Virus record (IMG/VR): IMGVR_UViG_3300005077_000019
Reading direction: 5' to 3' (one strand)
DNA: 20,000 nt
Source of the DNA: an uncultured virus (IMG/VR IMGVR_UViG_3300005077_000019)
Taxonomy: Duplodnaviria > Heunggongvirae > Uroviricota > Caudoviricetes
Shown here: piece after piece, positions 7,009 through 14,798 of the stretch
Layout of the letters: each line of letters opens with the position of its first letter
Position numbering within the stretch: the stretch's first letter is position 1
The notes under the pieces: model-generated
What the model saw: only the letters and a program-made list of their open reading frames with translations
Databases searched by the model: none
What the model was told of the DNA's origin: nothing
Position numbers and translations under genes: made by a program

Positions 7009-8373
7009 GTGGCAACCTTCATCGAGATCCAGACCGACGCCTACGCGGAGAACATCAAGGCGCTGAAGAGCAGCAAGCGTGACTTCAGTGGCGTGCGTCG
7101 GCCCTACCGCGGTTTCGAGATCAAGGAGGACACCTACTCCGTCATCAAGGTCATCCGCTCGGACGGGATCGAGCTGCCGCTGGTGGACTCTGGTGGCGCC
7201 AAGCTAGCCGGTGCAGGGAACAGCACCAAGGCTGGCTCGGGGGTCCCCTCTCAGAACAAGACGCCGTCTCTCGCGGGCACCTACAACTACTCGAACTTCA
7301 TCATCCAGAGGATCGACGAGAGCCGGCAGGAGAAGTCCCAGGTCCTCGAGACCTTCGGCGACACCTTCGTCTTCTTCTTCGGGGAGCGGCCGCGCATCCT
7401 CAACGTCAGCGGTCTGCTGATGAACACCCTCGACTTCAACTGGCGGACGGAGTTCTGGTACAACTACGAGAACACGCTCCGGGGCACGAAGCTGGTCGAG
7501 CAGAACGCTCGCATGTACCTCTACTGGGACGACCTCGTGGTGGAGGGGTACATGTTGCAGGCGCAGGCCCGGGATGACTCGGAGATGCCCTACCACATCC
7601 CCTTCAGCTTCTCGATGTTCGTCACGGCGCACATGTACCTGAGCACGGTCGGGGACGACGCCTACCCGATCACGCACGCGGTCAACCTCGAGCCGCTGCT
7701 GCACAACAAGGACGTGATGAGCGCCAAGCGGGAGCTGCGGGAGAACGCCATCCTGGCGGAGGAGCTCATCAGCAGCACCGAGGCTGTCCGGCAGGCGGCG
7801 GAGGAGTCCGAGTTCGCCCGGCAGGCAGCTCTGGCGCGCGATCCCCTCAAGTCCCCACTGGCGCAGAAGTTCAACGCGGCCAAGAACCTGCTGGCCAATG
7901 CGTTGATCTTGGGCATGAACGCCCAGAACCTCACGTTCCTCAGCATCGCCAACCACTACTTCAAGAACCGGAAGATGCGGTTCCCGAAGGGCATCGCCGG
8001 CGCGGAGAGCTATGCTGGCCCACCCACGATCGTTGGGGACAACACCCAGTACGGCTTCTTGCCGAAACGCACGCTGCCTCTCCGGTCGAAGATCAGGGAC
8101 AACGTGGACGAGTACGTGGGGTCTGGCGTGGTGGGCTGGAGCGGGAACGTGAACCTGGACTACACGGCGGAGGATGCCGCCCTCGAGGGGCAGGACTTCA
8201 ACGACGGGTACGCGCTGGAGATGGCTGCCTTACAGGACCTCGCTGCGATGGGGCTCGACCCTGTCCAGCATCCTGGAGGGAGTCCATTCGAGACCGCTCA
8301 CGCGATGGCCATCGGCGGCGCCATCACGGCTGCTGCCATCGCCAAGTGGGGCCTGCAGAAGGCCTTGTTCTAG
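7009..8373 (+). CDS. Putative tail-tube initiator / baseplate protein (T4 gp48/gp54- or Dit-like fold)
   Basis: GTG start with AGGAG SD. Its beta-rich core (NFIIQRIDESRQEK...ETFG..FVFFFGERPRILNVSGLL...LYWDDLVVEGYM...IPFSFSMFV) fits a tube-like fold. It sits between the TMP-like gene and the hub. Confidence 0.55.
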   Translation: MATFIEIQTDAYAENIKALKSSKRDFSGVRRPYRGFEIKEDTYSVIKVIRSDGIELPLVDSGGAKLAGAGNSTKAGSGVPSQNKTPSLAGTYNYSNFIIQRIDESRQEKSQVLETFGDTFVFFFGERPRILNVSGLLMNTLDFNWRTEFWYNYENTLRGTKLVEQNARMYLYWDDLVVEGYMLQAQARDDSEMPYHIPFSFSMFVTAHMYLSTVGDDAYPITHAVNLEPLLHNKDVMSAKRELRENAILAEELISSTEAVRQAAEESEFARQAALARDPLKSPLAQKFNAAKNLLANALILGMNAQNLTFLSIANHYFKNRKMRFPKGIAGAESYAGPPTIVGDNTQYGFLPKRTLPLRSKIRDNVDEYVGSGVVGWSGNVNLDYTAEDAALEGQDFNDGYALEMAALQDLAAMGLDPVQHPGGSPFETAHAMAIGGAITAAAIAKWGLQKALF

Positions 8374-8376
8374 CCC

Positions 8377-11300
8377 ATGGCGATCGGTCACCAGCTAGGG
8401 CTTCGGCTCTTCCTTGAGGGTGTGGAGGTCCCGGTCATCGGGGCCAACATCACCATCGCGGCCAACACACCCGTGGCTGCGTCCATCCAGGTGATTGCCA
8501 CGGACAAGGTGCTAGAGCTGCTACCCCGCACCGTGGTCCACCTCTTCTTCTACGACTTCGTGGAGGCGTCCTCCCCTCTCTCCAACACCCCGGATGACAC
8601 CAAGGCACAGGGAGCGGAGACACTGAACGATCGCTACAAGCTGCTCTTCATGGGGGAGGTCCAGGGCCTGGCCTTCCAGAAGGACAGCGGCAGCAGAGCG
8701 GTCGTACTGAACTGCGTGGACTTCAGCAACTACTGGGACACGACCTATCAGTACAACTTCCAGGGGAGCCTCCTTGGAGGGAGACAGCATGCCGCATTCA
8801 TTGGAGCCAATGCCAACTTCTTCACCAGCCCGCTTGGCCATGGGGTGGGTACGATCGCGGCCCTACTCAACGGGAAGTCGGTCAACTTCCCAAACCTCAA
8901 GGGGCTACTGGCTGGAGTTGTGCGGATTCTTGAAGCGATCGGGGGAAGCTACTACGGGGAGACTACATTTCGAGGTGCCAATGACTTCACCTCCATCGCC
9001 GAGCTCCGACTGAAGATCTTGCAGCAGATCTCGGCGGCGGAGAAGGACGACAGCACGGCCAAGTTGTTCGCCCGCAAGGCGTTCAACATGTGGATGAACC
9101 GGGAGATGGGTGGCCTGGGCAAGCTGGTCACCTTCCGCGGACTGACCGGCGTGCTGATGCAGTACATCTTCCACGAGATCTACCCGAACCCTGCGGCGCT
9201 GTATCAACCCAAGGTGACGGGCCTCAAGAAGACCAAGGTCTTCCAGCTCCGCTTGGACCAGGACCCACGGACCAGAGGTCTGGTGGCCGACGCGAAGAAG
9301 CTCCGGAGCCTCCTCAACTCAGCCAAGGACAACCTGTCCAAGATCTTGCAGGTCACGGACAGCACAGCGGTCGAGAAGTTCGGGGCATCGGCTGCCGCGG
9401 ACCTCTACCAGGCGGACAAGACGCTCTCCAAGATGGTGACCTACCCGGGGGCCAGCTTGGTCAGCCGCTACCTGTCTGAGATCCATGGCGACTTGATCAA
9501 GACCAGAGAGGCCGTGGGGTCGACTGGGGAAGGCTTCTACCTGGACCGACAGAAGCTGGCTAGCACCACGAACGTCCGAACGGCCAACAACGCCATCGGC
9601 AACGCCTCGACAACCATCACGGCCTTGCTGGAGGAGAAGACCAGGAACTCTCGGGAGCTGACCTACGACAAGCTCGATCGTGTCCACAACCAGATCTTGC
9701 GCCCGGACATCTGGTTCTGCTCGGCGCCCAGGTGCAACGTCCTCTTCCCCGAGCTCTACGGCGGCTTCCAGTGGCAGCGCAACTTCCTGCGGGAGGTGTC
9801 CCGCATGGAGATGCAGACCACCAACGAGATCTTGGGGGACGACGCGCTGTTCAACGGTCGGTACTACGCCCCCAACGTGGCCGACATGCGCAAGGGTGTC
9901 CGGCTCAGTTCTCGTCAGTTCGGGCGACTGATCATGGCCCACGAGCTGCTGACGGGCATCATCCCGATGTTCGAGAAGCTGTCCGAGGCCAATCTGTTCG
10001 CCATGAAGAGCCGGAAGGTGCAACACAAGGGTGCCAAGGTCGGCTACGCCCAGCGTGCGGTGAACTTTCAGTACTTCAAGCACCGCTTCGCCTCCCGCGG
10101 CATGGCGGCCAACGGCCGCTTCAACCCCTGGTTCGTGGCTGGCTTCCCGGCTGTCCTGATCGACCGCCCGATGACAGCGGACAACCTGCTCATCTCGGGC
10201 CTCCCCATCGCAGACCAGTTGAGCGCGTTGGACATCGTGCCGGCCAAGGACGTCACGGTGACACGAGCCACCCTCCTCCAGCTCCTGGTGCCCACCCAGT
10301 ACTTCGGCTCCTGCGTGCAGCTCTCCCACTCGGTCTCGCAGCAGGGCGGGGACACCTCCTACGCCTTCCAGCAGGCTCGTCTTCATCGGGAGAGCACCGA
10401 GTTCTTGGGTGTGGACAAGTCCACGCTGAATAAGGTGGTGGGCACGGCCTCGAAGAAGACAGTGGTGGCCGTGATCGAGTCCTTCGGCCCGACCCCTCAG
10501 AAGAACGGGCGTGGCCCGCGTGGTGGGCGGATCACCGCTGTGAAGGATGTGACCAAGGCGTACAAGGGTCGCTCGCGTAACCTCTACAACCGCGCCGGGT
10601 CCTACCAGATCGGTCTCCCGGTGACGGCCACGGAGATCGTGAAGGGCTACGAGGTGACGGAGACGTTCACGCGCCGGGCGAAGGTGCAGATCGACCTCCC
10701 GATCGAGGAAGCCATTCGTCCCCCCTGGATCTGGGATGGCTGGTCCAACCTGAAGATCGGCGAGACGTACATGCAGCTCTTCGGGACCAACTCGATCACG
10801 GACATCGAGGGGATCACTTCCAAGAATCCTCTCTTCGACGTTGTGGGTGCGGACAGCCGTCTGGCTCTTGCGGAGGTGCAGGAGGGGCTGGCCTACGGGG
10901 ACAAGAAGAAGGAAGAACCACTGGACGCCTTCTTGGATCGCATCTCCGGCACGGGAGACAAGAAGGCGCTGGGGAAGGACACGAAGAACAAGCCGGGCAA
11001 GAAGAGCAAGAAGTCGGCATTCATCGGTGCCAACAATAGCGTGTTCGCGGACTCGAAGTCCAAGTCCACCAAACAGGTGTCGGCCGCTTCTACCAAGCTG
11101 TCCGCGTCCACCATCTTGGCCATCGAGAAGGAGCGCACGATCGAGAACGCGGTGGACTACCTGGTGCGGATCTACAGCTTCATGGCGCACAACAACCTGG
11201 ACGTGGCGAACTTCCTGCGGCACTACACCTGGCGTCCCATCGCTACCCTGCCGGAGATCTTGGGCGGGGAGAACTTCAACATCCAGGAGAAGACCAAGCT

Positions 11301-11583
11301 GGTCTTCGGCACGGGCTCCTTGTCGGACCCCGGTGAGCTACTGACCGAGCAGACGGTGGAGGGGGAGTACGTCATCACTGGACGGGAGGGCTTCCACAGC
11401 CGCGCCTTCGGCGATGTGGAGGACCTGTTCGGTCTGGTGGACCCGAAGGTCAAGACGATTCTGGGGTTGACCAAGGAGAAGTCGCACACAGCGGCCAAGA
11501 AGCTGGATGTCCGTCTCCGTCGACGTACGGCGGTGCGAGAGTACGTGTACGAGCTCACTCAGTCCCGAGGCTTGCTGGGGTAG
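8377..11583 (+). CDS. Baseplate hub protein (T4 gp27 / VgrG / Mu gp44-like) with large insertions
   Basis: N-terminal hub pattern LRLFLEGVEVPV...LLFMGEVQGLAFQKDSGSRAVVLNCVDFSNYWD, and a later pattern ANGRFNPWFVAGFPAVLID...YFGSCVQLSHSVSQQGGDTSYAF. 1068 aa. Confidence 0.7.
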   Translation: MAIGHQLGLRLFLEGVEVPVIGANITIAANTPVAASIQVIATDKVLELLPRTVVHLFFYDFVEASSPLSNTPDDTKAQGAETLNDRYKLLFMGEVQGLAFQKDSGSRAVVLNCVDFSNYWDTTYQYNFQGSLLGGRQHAAFIGANANFFTSPLGHGVGTIAALLNGKSVNFPNLKGLLAGVVRILEAIGGSYYGETTFRGANDFTSIAELRLKILQQISAAEKDDSTAKLFARKAFNMWMNREMGGLGKLVTFRGLTGVLMQYIFHEIYPNPAALYQPKVTGLKKTKVFQLRLDQDPRTRGLVADAKKLRSLLNSAKDNLSKILQVTDSTAVEKFGASAAADLYQADKTLSKMVTYPGASLVSRYLSEIHGDLIKTREAVGSTGEGFYLDRQKLASTTNVRTANNAIGNASTTITALLEEKTRNSRELTYDKLDRVHNQILRPDIWFCSAPRCNVLFPELYGGFQWQRNFLREVSRMEMQTTNEILGDDALFNGRYYAPNVADMRKGVRLSSRQFGRLIMAHELLTGIIPMFEKLSEANLFAMKSRKVQHKGAKVGYAQRAVNFQYFKHRFASRGMAANGRFNPWFVAGFPAVLIDRPMTADNLLISGLPIADQLSALDIVPAKDVTVTRATLLQLLVPTQYFGSCVQLSHSVSQQGGDTSYAFQQARLHRESTEFLGVDKSTLNKVVGTASKKTVVAVIESFGPTPQKNGRGPRGGRITAVKDVTKAYKGRSRNLYNRAGSYQIGLPVTATEIVKGYEVTETFTRRAKVQIDLPIEEAIRPPWIWDGWSNLKIGETYMQLFGTNSITDIEGITSKNPLFDVVGADSRLALAEVQEGLAYGDKKKEEPLDAFLDRISGTGDKKALGKDTKNKPGKKSKKSAFIGANNSVFADSKSKSTKQVSAASTKLSASTILAIEKERTIENAVDYLVRIYSFMAHNNLDVANFLRHYTWRPIATLPEILGGENFNIQEKTKLVFGTGSLSDPGELLTEQTVEGEYVITGREGFHSRAFGDVEDLFGLVDPKVKTILGLTKEKSHTAAKKLDVRLRRRTAVREYVYELTQSRGLLG

Positions 11584-11601
11584 GCCCAGCGGGGGTATAA
11601 C
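11572..11601 (+). promoter_or_regulatory. Putative promoter TTGCTG-N18-TATAAC overlapping a hairpin at the hub stop codon
   Basis: TATAAC at 11596-11601, 7 nt before ATG 11609 with no SD, which suggests a leaderless mRNA. The hairpin GCTGGG-GTAGG-CCCAGC spans 11574-11590. Confidence 0.45.
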
Positions 11602-11608
11602 AGTGGTC

Positions 11609-11854
11609 ATGGATCAGCGTTTGATCGCCCTCTTCGATGAGCTGGAGAAGCTGGGGGTAAACCGCTCTCTGTCCTCCTTCACCCAATCTAGGATTGGGCG
11701 GCGACCGATTCGAGCGTCCACACTTCTCCAGAAGGAGAAGGAGAAGGAAGACGCATTCGACAGGCAGCGGGAGACGCGGGACGAGAACACGGAGGACCGC
11801 AAGGACTACGAGGTGGAGGGTGGCCTGGGCCTGACCGAGAATCCGGAGGGATGA
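11609..11854 (+). CDS. Hypothetical protein with FDELEKLG motif (81 aa)
   Basis: Start moved to ATG 11609, after the hub stop. Sequence MDQRLIALFDELEKLG..., highly charged. Confidence 0.7.
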   Translation: MDQRLIALFDELEKLGVNRSLSSFTQSRIGRRPIRASTLLQKEKEKEDAFDRQRETRDENTEDRKDYEVEGGLGLTENPEG

Positions 11855-11855
11855 G

Positions 11856-12380
11856 ATGTTCCAGTCGTTCTTTGACGAGCTGATCAAGCTCGCTGAGAAG
11901 GAAGTCGAGAAGGAAGACCTGGGCACGCGCACCATGCGCCGTTTCGTGAAGGCGCGTCCGTACGTCGCCGGAGCCATCAAGGGGGGCCTCCCGGCTGCAC
12001 TGGTGGCCAAGACGTTGATCGATAAGCCCTGGGTCAACCGCGCGGCGCTGTTGGGTGGCGCTGGGTTGGGGCTGGCCAACGAGGCCATCCAGCAGTGGTC
12101 CAAGAAGAACCCACGTGCTCGTCTGTCGGAGGAGATCCAGAAGGAAGGCGGAGTGACTGGCTGCTTCTTGAAGGTGGCTGCCATGGCGACGGACCTCCGG
12201 ACGAAGGGGATCGGTGGGGTGAAGCGCCCGCCCATGCCCACGGAGGACAGCAAGCAGAAGGCCTTCCAGAACTTTGAGAACTCGACCAAGCCGGGCAAGT
12301 TCCTCTCGAGCACCCAGCCGCGCCATCTGCGCGCCCCTGGTCCGTCGATCAAGCAAGTATCGGCCCTCCCTACGGGGTGA
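11856..12380 (+). CDS. Hypothetical protein with FDELIKLA motif and glycine-rich hydrophobic hairpin
   Basis: MFQSFFDELIKLA..., with hydrophobic segments YVAGAIKGGLPAALVAK and AALLGGAGLGLAN. GGAGGG upstream. Confidence 0.75.
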   Translation: MFQSFFDELIKLAEKEVEKEDLGTRTMRRFVKARPYVAGAIKGGLPAALVAKTLIDKPWVNRAALLGGAGLGLANEAIQQWSKKNPRARLSEEIQKEGGVTGCFLKVAAMATDLRTKGIGGVKRPPMPTEDSKQKAFQNFENSTKPGKFLSSTQPRHLRAPGPSIKQVSALPTG

Positions 12381-12383
12381 TGG

Positions 12384-13154
12384 ATGAACCCAGTGGAGGA
12401 CTTCCTCGAGGCTCTCGAGCAGACTAAGCTGGCCGCGGTCGATGATCTGCGTGGTCGGCAGCAGCGAGAGTTCGCGATGTGGCAGCAGTGGCAGCAGGGT
12501 GGCCAGAAGAAGGAAGACCTGCGCCCGCTGATCCAGTCCTTCAAGCCGCTGGTCAACCACCAGGCAAACCTCTGGGCCGGGCGCGTGCGCGATGTCCCCC
12601 CGGCTGCCATCCGAGCGGAGTTCACCAACCAGTTCGTGCAGGCCCTACAGACCTACGACCCCGAGCGCGGGGCGGGTCTAGGTACGCACGTCCGGCACCA
12701 GCTCAAGAAGGCCCAGCGGTTCGTGACCACGTACCAGAACCCCGGGCGCATCCCGGAGAACCGAATCTACCGGATTCGGGAGCTCCAAGATGCGGAGACA
12801 CGACTGGATGAGCAGTTCGGCCGGGCGCCGACCCAGCTCGAGCTCGCGGACCACCTGAAGTGGTCTCCCCGGCAGGTCGACGTTCTCCAGAGAGAGGTCC
12901 GCCGGGCCATGCCGACAGGGCAGTTCGAGACCGATCCCTCGACGTTCACCCCGTCCAGACACAAGGAGATCATACGCCTCCTCCCGTACGAGCTGAGTCC
13001 GGAGGAGCGATCGGTGTTCGAGTACCTCTACGGCGTTGGTGGCAAGCCGCAGTTGGGTCCTGGGGAGATCGCCACCAAGCTCAACCTCAGTGCGCCGAAG
13101 GTGTCACGCCTGAAGCGCTCGATCGCGGAGAAGTACGAAAAGTACTCCAAGTGA
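12384..13154 (+). CDS. RNA polymerase sigma-70 family factor, group 3 (FliA/WhiG/SigF-like)
   Basis: Region 2: LIQSFKPLV...ALQTYDPERGAGLGTHVRHQL. Linker: GRIP. Region 3: LDEQFGRAPTQLELADHLKWS. Region 4 HTH: LSPEERSVFEYLYG...EIATKLNLSAPKVSRL. Confidence 0.9.
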   Translation: MNPVEDFLEALEQTKLAAVDDLRGRQQREFAMWQQWQQGGQKKEDLRPLIQSFKPLVNHQANLWAGRVRDVPPAAIRAEFTNQFVQALQTYDPERGAGLGTHVRHQLKKAQRFVTTYQNPGRIPENRIYRIRELQDAETRLDEQFGRAPTQLELADHLKWSPRQVDVLQREVRRAMPTGQFETDPSTFTPSRHKEIIRLLPYELSPEERSVFEYLYGVGGKPQLGPGEIATKLNLSAPKVSRLKRSIAEKYEKYSK

Positions 13155-13155
13155 C

Positions 13156-13395
13156 ATGGCGGACACGGAAGACATCGAAGCCCAACGACAGACAGCCAGG
13201 GATGCCAGGCTGGATGCGCTGAAGAAGGCCACCGTCGAGTGGGCCGACAAAGAGGAGAAGCGCCTCAAGGACGAGGCGACTTTCCTCAAGTCGATCTTGA
13301 AAGGCCGAACCGGAGCCGGAAGGCTCGCAAACCAGAACGTGGCTGACTCCTCCAAGCTGGTGGTCGATGAGATCTCCAAGTTCTTGGAGGGCTAG
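13156..13395 (+). CDS. Hypothetical helical protein (79 aa)
   Basis: Tightly packed ORF, 1 nt after the sigma stop, with codon usage like its neighbours. Confidence 0.75.
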   Translation: MADTEDIEAQRQTARDARLDALKKATVEWADKEEKRLKDEATFLKSILKGRTGAGRLANQNVADSSKLVVDEISKFLEG

Positions 13396-13401
13396 GAGGA
13401 C

Positions 13402-14364
13402 ATGATGGAGAACGAGATCATCGAAACGACGAAGGAGCTGATCGAGCAGACGCAGGCTGGCAAGCAGTCGAAGCTACTTGAGCTGACCATGCTCCGTCAG
13501 ATGGGACTCATCAAGAGGGAAGAAGGCGAGGAAGTGACCGAGGAGGAGCTCGCGATGGCTCGAGAGGCTCTGCGCACGAGGCAGATGGCGCAGCTCGATG
13601 ACCTGAAGGAGCGCGTATCCACGGGTCTTCCCAACGCCGCGGGGATCATTCAGGGGATCCGGAGTCATCAGCAGAGGGCTCCCCGTCGTCCCCTCAACAC
13701 CCCGGACATCCCACCCGGGACACCGGAGGAGGTCGCGGCCCAGGAATGGGAGAAGTACGAGGCGCCTTTGTCCGGCAAGAGCGAGCCCGTGAAGCGGGTG
13801 GTGGAGGCCAGGCAAGGCCCCAGGATCGTCCAGCTCGATCCGGTCATGGTGCTGAAGATCGAGTTGCTGGCCGCCCGGAAGCGGGCGAACACGGCAGAGG
13901 AGCGTTTGGCCATCCTGGCCATCCAGGACGCGCGCAAGGCGAAGCAGGAGCTGGAGGCCGAAGAGCACGCGCTGATGAGCCAGGTGAGCAAGCAACTGAA
14001 CATCCCCGCAGGCAAGAGCATTCGGGTGGGCGACATGGTGCGCATCTCGGCGGCGGCGGTCGGGGGTGTCTATCAGGTGACCAAGGTGGACATCGTTGCC
14101 AGCCCGACGGAACTTCCGCTGGGGATGGTCATCTCCAAGCTCACCACCACCCGCTGTGTGGTCCAGGTCGGCGGGGAGGTCGTGGGGATCTACTCTGGGT
14201 TGATCCCCGGCAAGCAGCTCTTCATAGACAGCGCTGGGAAGCTGTCACATGCTGTTCCCAATCACCCAGTGACTGGAGTAAAATCGGTTCATCCTGCAGC
14301 ACAGGCGCTGTCCACGGACGCACTGTTCCTGCGGATCCAAGTGCCGAGCATTATCAGAGCGTAA
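13402..14364 (+). CDS. Two-part protein: coiled-coil N-part plus C-terminal decoration/fibre-anchor beta domain (DUF2190-like)
   Basis: AGGAGG SD. The last ~113 aa (VGDMVRI...LFLRIQ) align by eye with the C-terminal domain of 14799..16499. Confidence 0.7.
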   Translation: MMENEIIETTKELIEQTQAGKQSKLLELTMLRQMGLIKREEGEEVTEEELAMAREALRTRQMAQLDDLKERVSTGLPNAAGIIQGIRSHQQRAPRRPLNTPDIPPGTPEEVAAQEWEKYEAPLSGKSEPVKRVVEARQGPRIVQLDPVMVLKIELLAARKRANTAEERLAILAIQDARKAKQELEAEEHALMSQVSKQLNIPAGKSIRVGDMVRISAAAVGGVYQVTKVDIVASPTELPLGMVISKLTTTRCVVQVGGEVVGIYSGLIPGKQLFIDSAGKLSHAVPNHPVTGVKSVHPAAQALSTDALFLRIQVPSIIRA

Positions 14365-14377
14365 GGAGGATACGCGA

Positions 14378-14779
14378 ATGGCCGAGAAGAAGACGAAGCA
14401 AGTGCCGAAGCCGAGGAGCAAGAGGAAGACGGTGGAGAAGGCAGAGCCACAGACCTTGGCTCCGCCCGTTCCGGAGGGCTTGTGCCAGCTCTCCGAGCTC
14501 GATCTGCTCAAGTTCTTGCGGACGGACAACGAGCTGCACAACCACAAGCTCGAGATCAAGAACCTCGAGCAGGCACAGATGCTGGAGGACCGCGAGTTCG
14601 AGCAGAGGCGTGCGGAGCGCAAGAATCGGATCCGCCTGCTCCAGCAATCCATCCGTCAGCGTGAGGTGGAGCAGAAGCAGTTGCTCCAGGAGTTCGGGAA
14701 GCGCTACGGCTTCGATGCAACCATCGCAAGCATCGACGATCAAACAGGAGTCGTACACGAGCACCCCCAGAAGGGGTAG
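14378..14779 (+). CDS. Hypothetical coiled-coil protein (133 aa)
   Basis: AAGGAGG SD. Long heptad-like helix ending ...QEFGKRYGFDATIASIDDQTGVV. Confidence 0.8.
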   Translation: MAEKKTKQVPKPRSKRKTVEKAEPQTLAPPVPEGLCQLSELDLLKFLRTDNELHNHKLEIKNLEQAQMLEDREFEQRRAERKNRIRLLQQSIRQREVEQKQLLQEFGKRYGFDATIASIDDQTGVVHEHPQKG

Positions 14780-14798
14780 CACAAGAAGGAGATGAAGG

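Noticed and set aside
9319..11223. 634-aa antisense ORF inside the hub gene (likewise 1274..2266, 11555..12628 and 14556..16070)
   Set aside because: They lie opposite well-supported genes, have no recognisable domain and are typical of GC-rich DNA.
11571..11593. Hairpin at the hub stop codon as an intrinsic terminator
   Set aside because: The stem is 6-9 bp but no U-tract follows.
13746..14795. 349-aa alternative-frame ORF bridging 13402 and 14378 (possible frameshift product)
   Set aside because: It is an Arg/Gly/Ser-rich off-frame translation. Both real genes have strong SDs and I saw no slippery heptamer.
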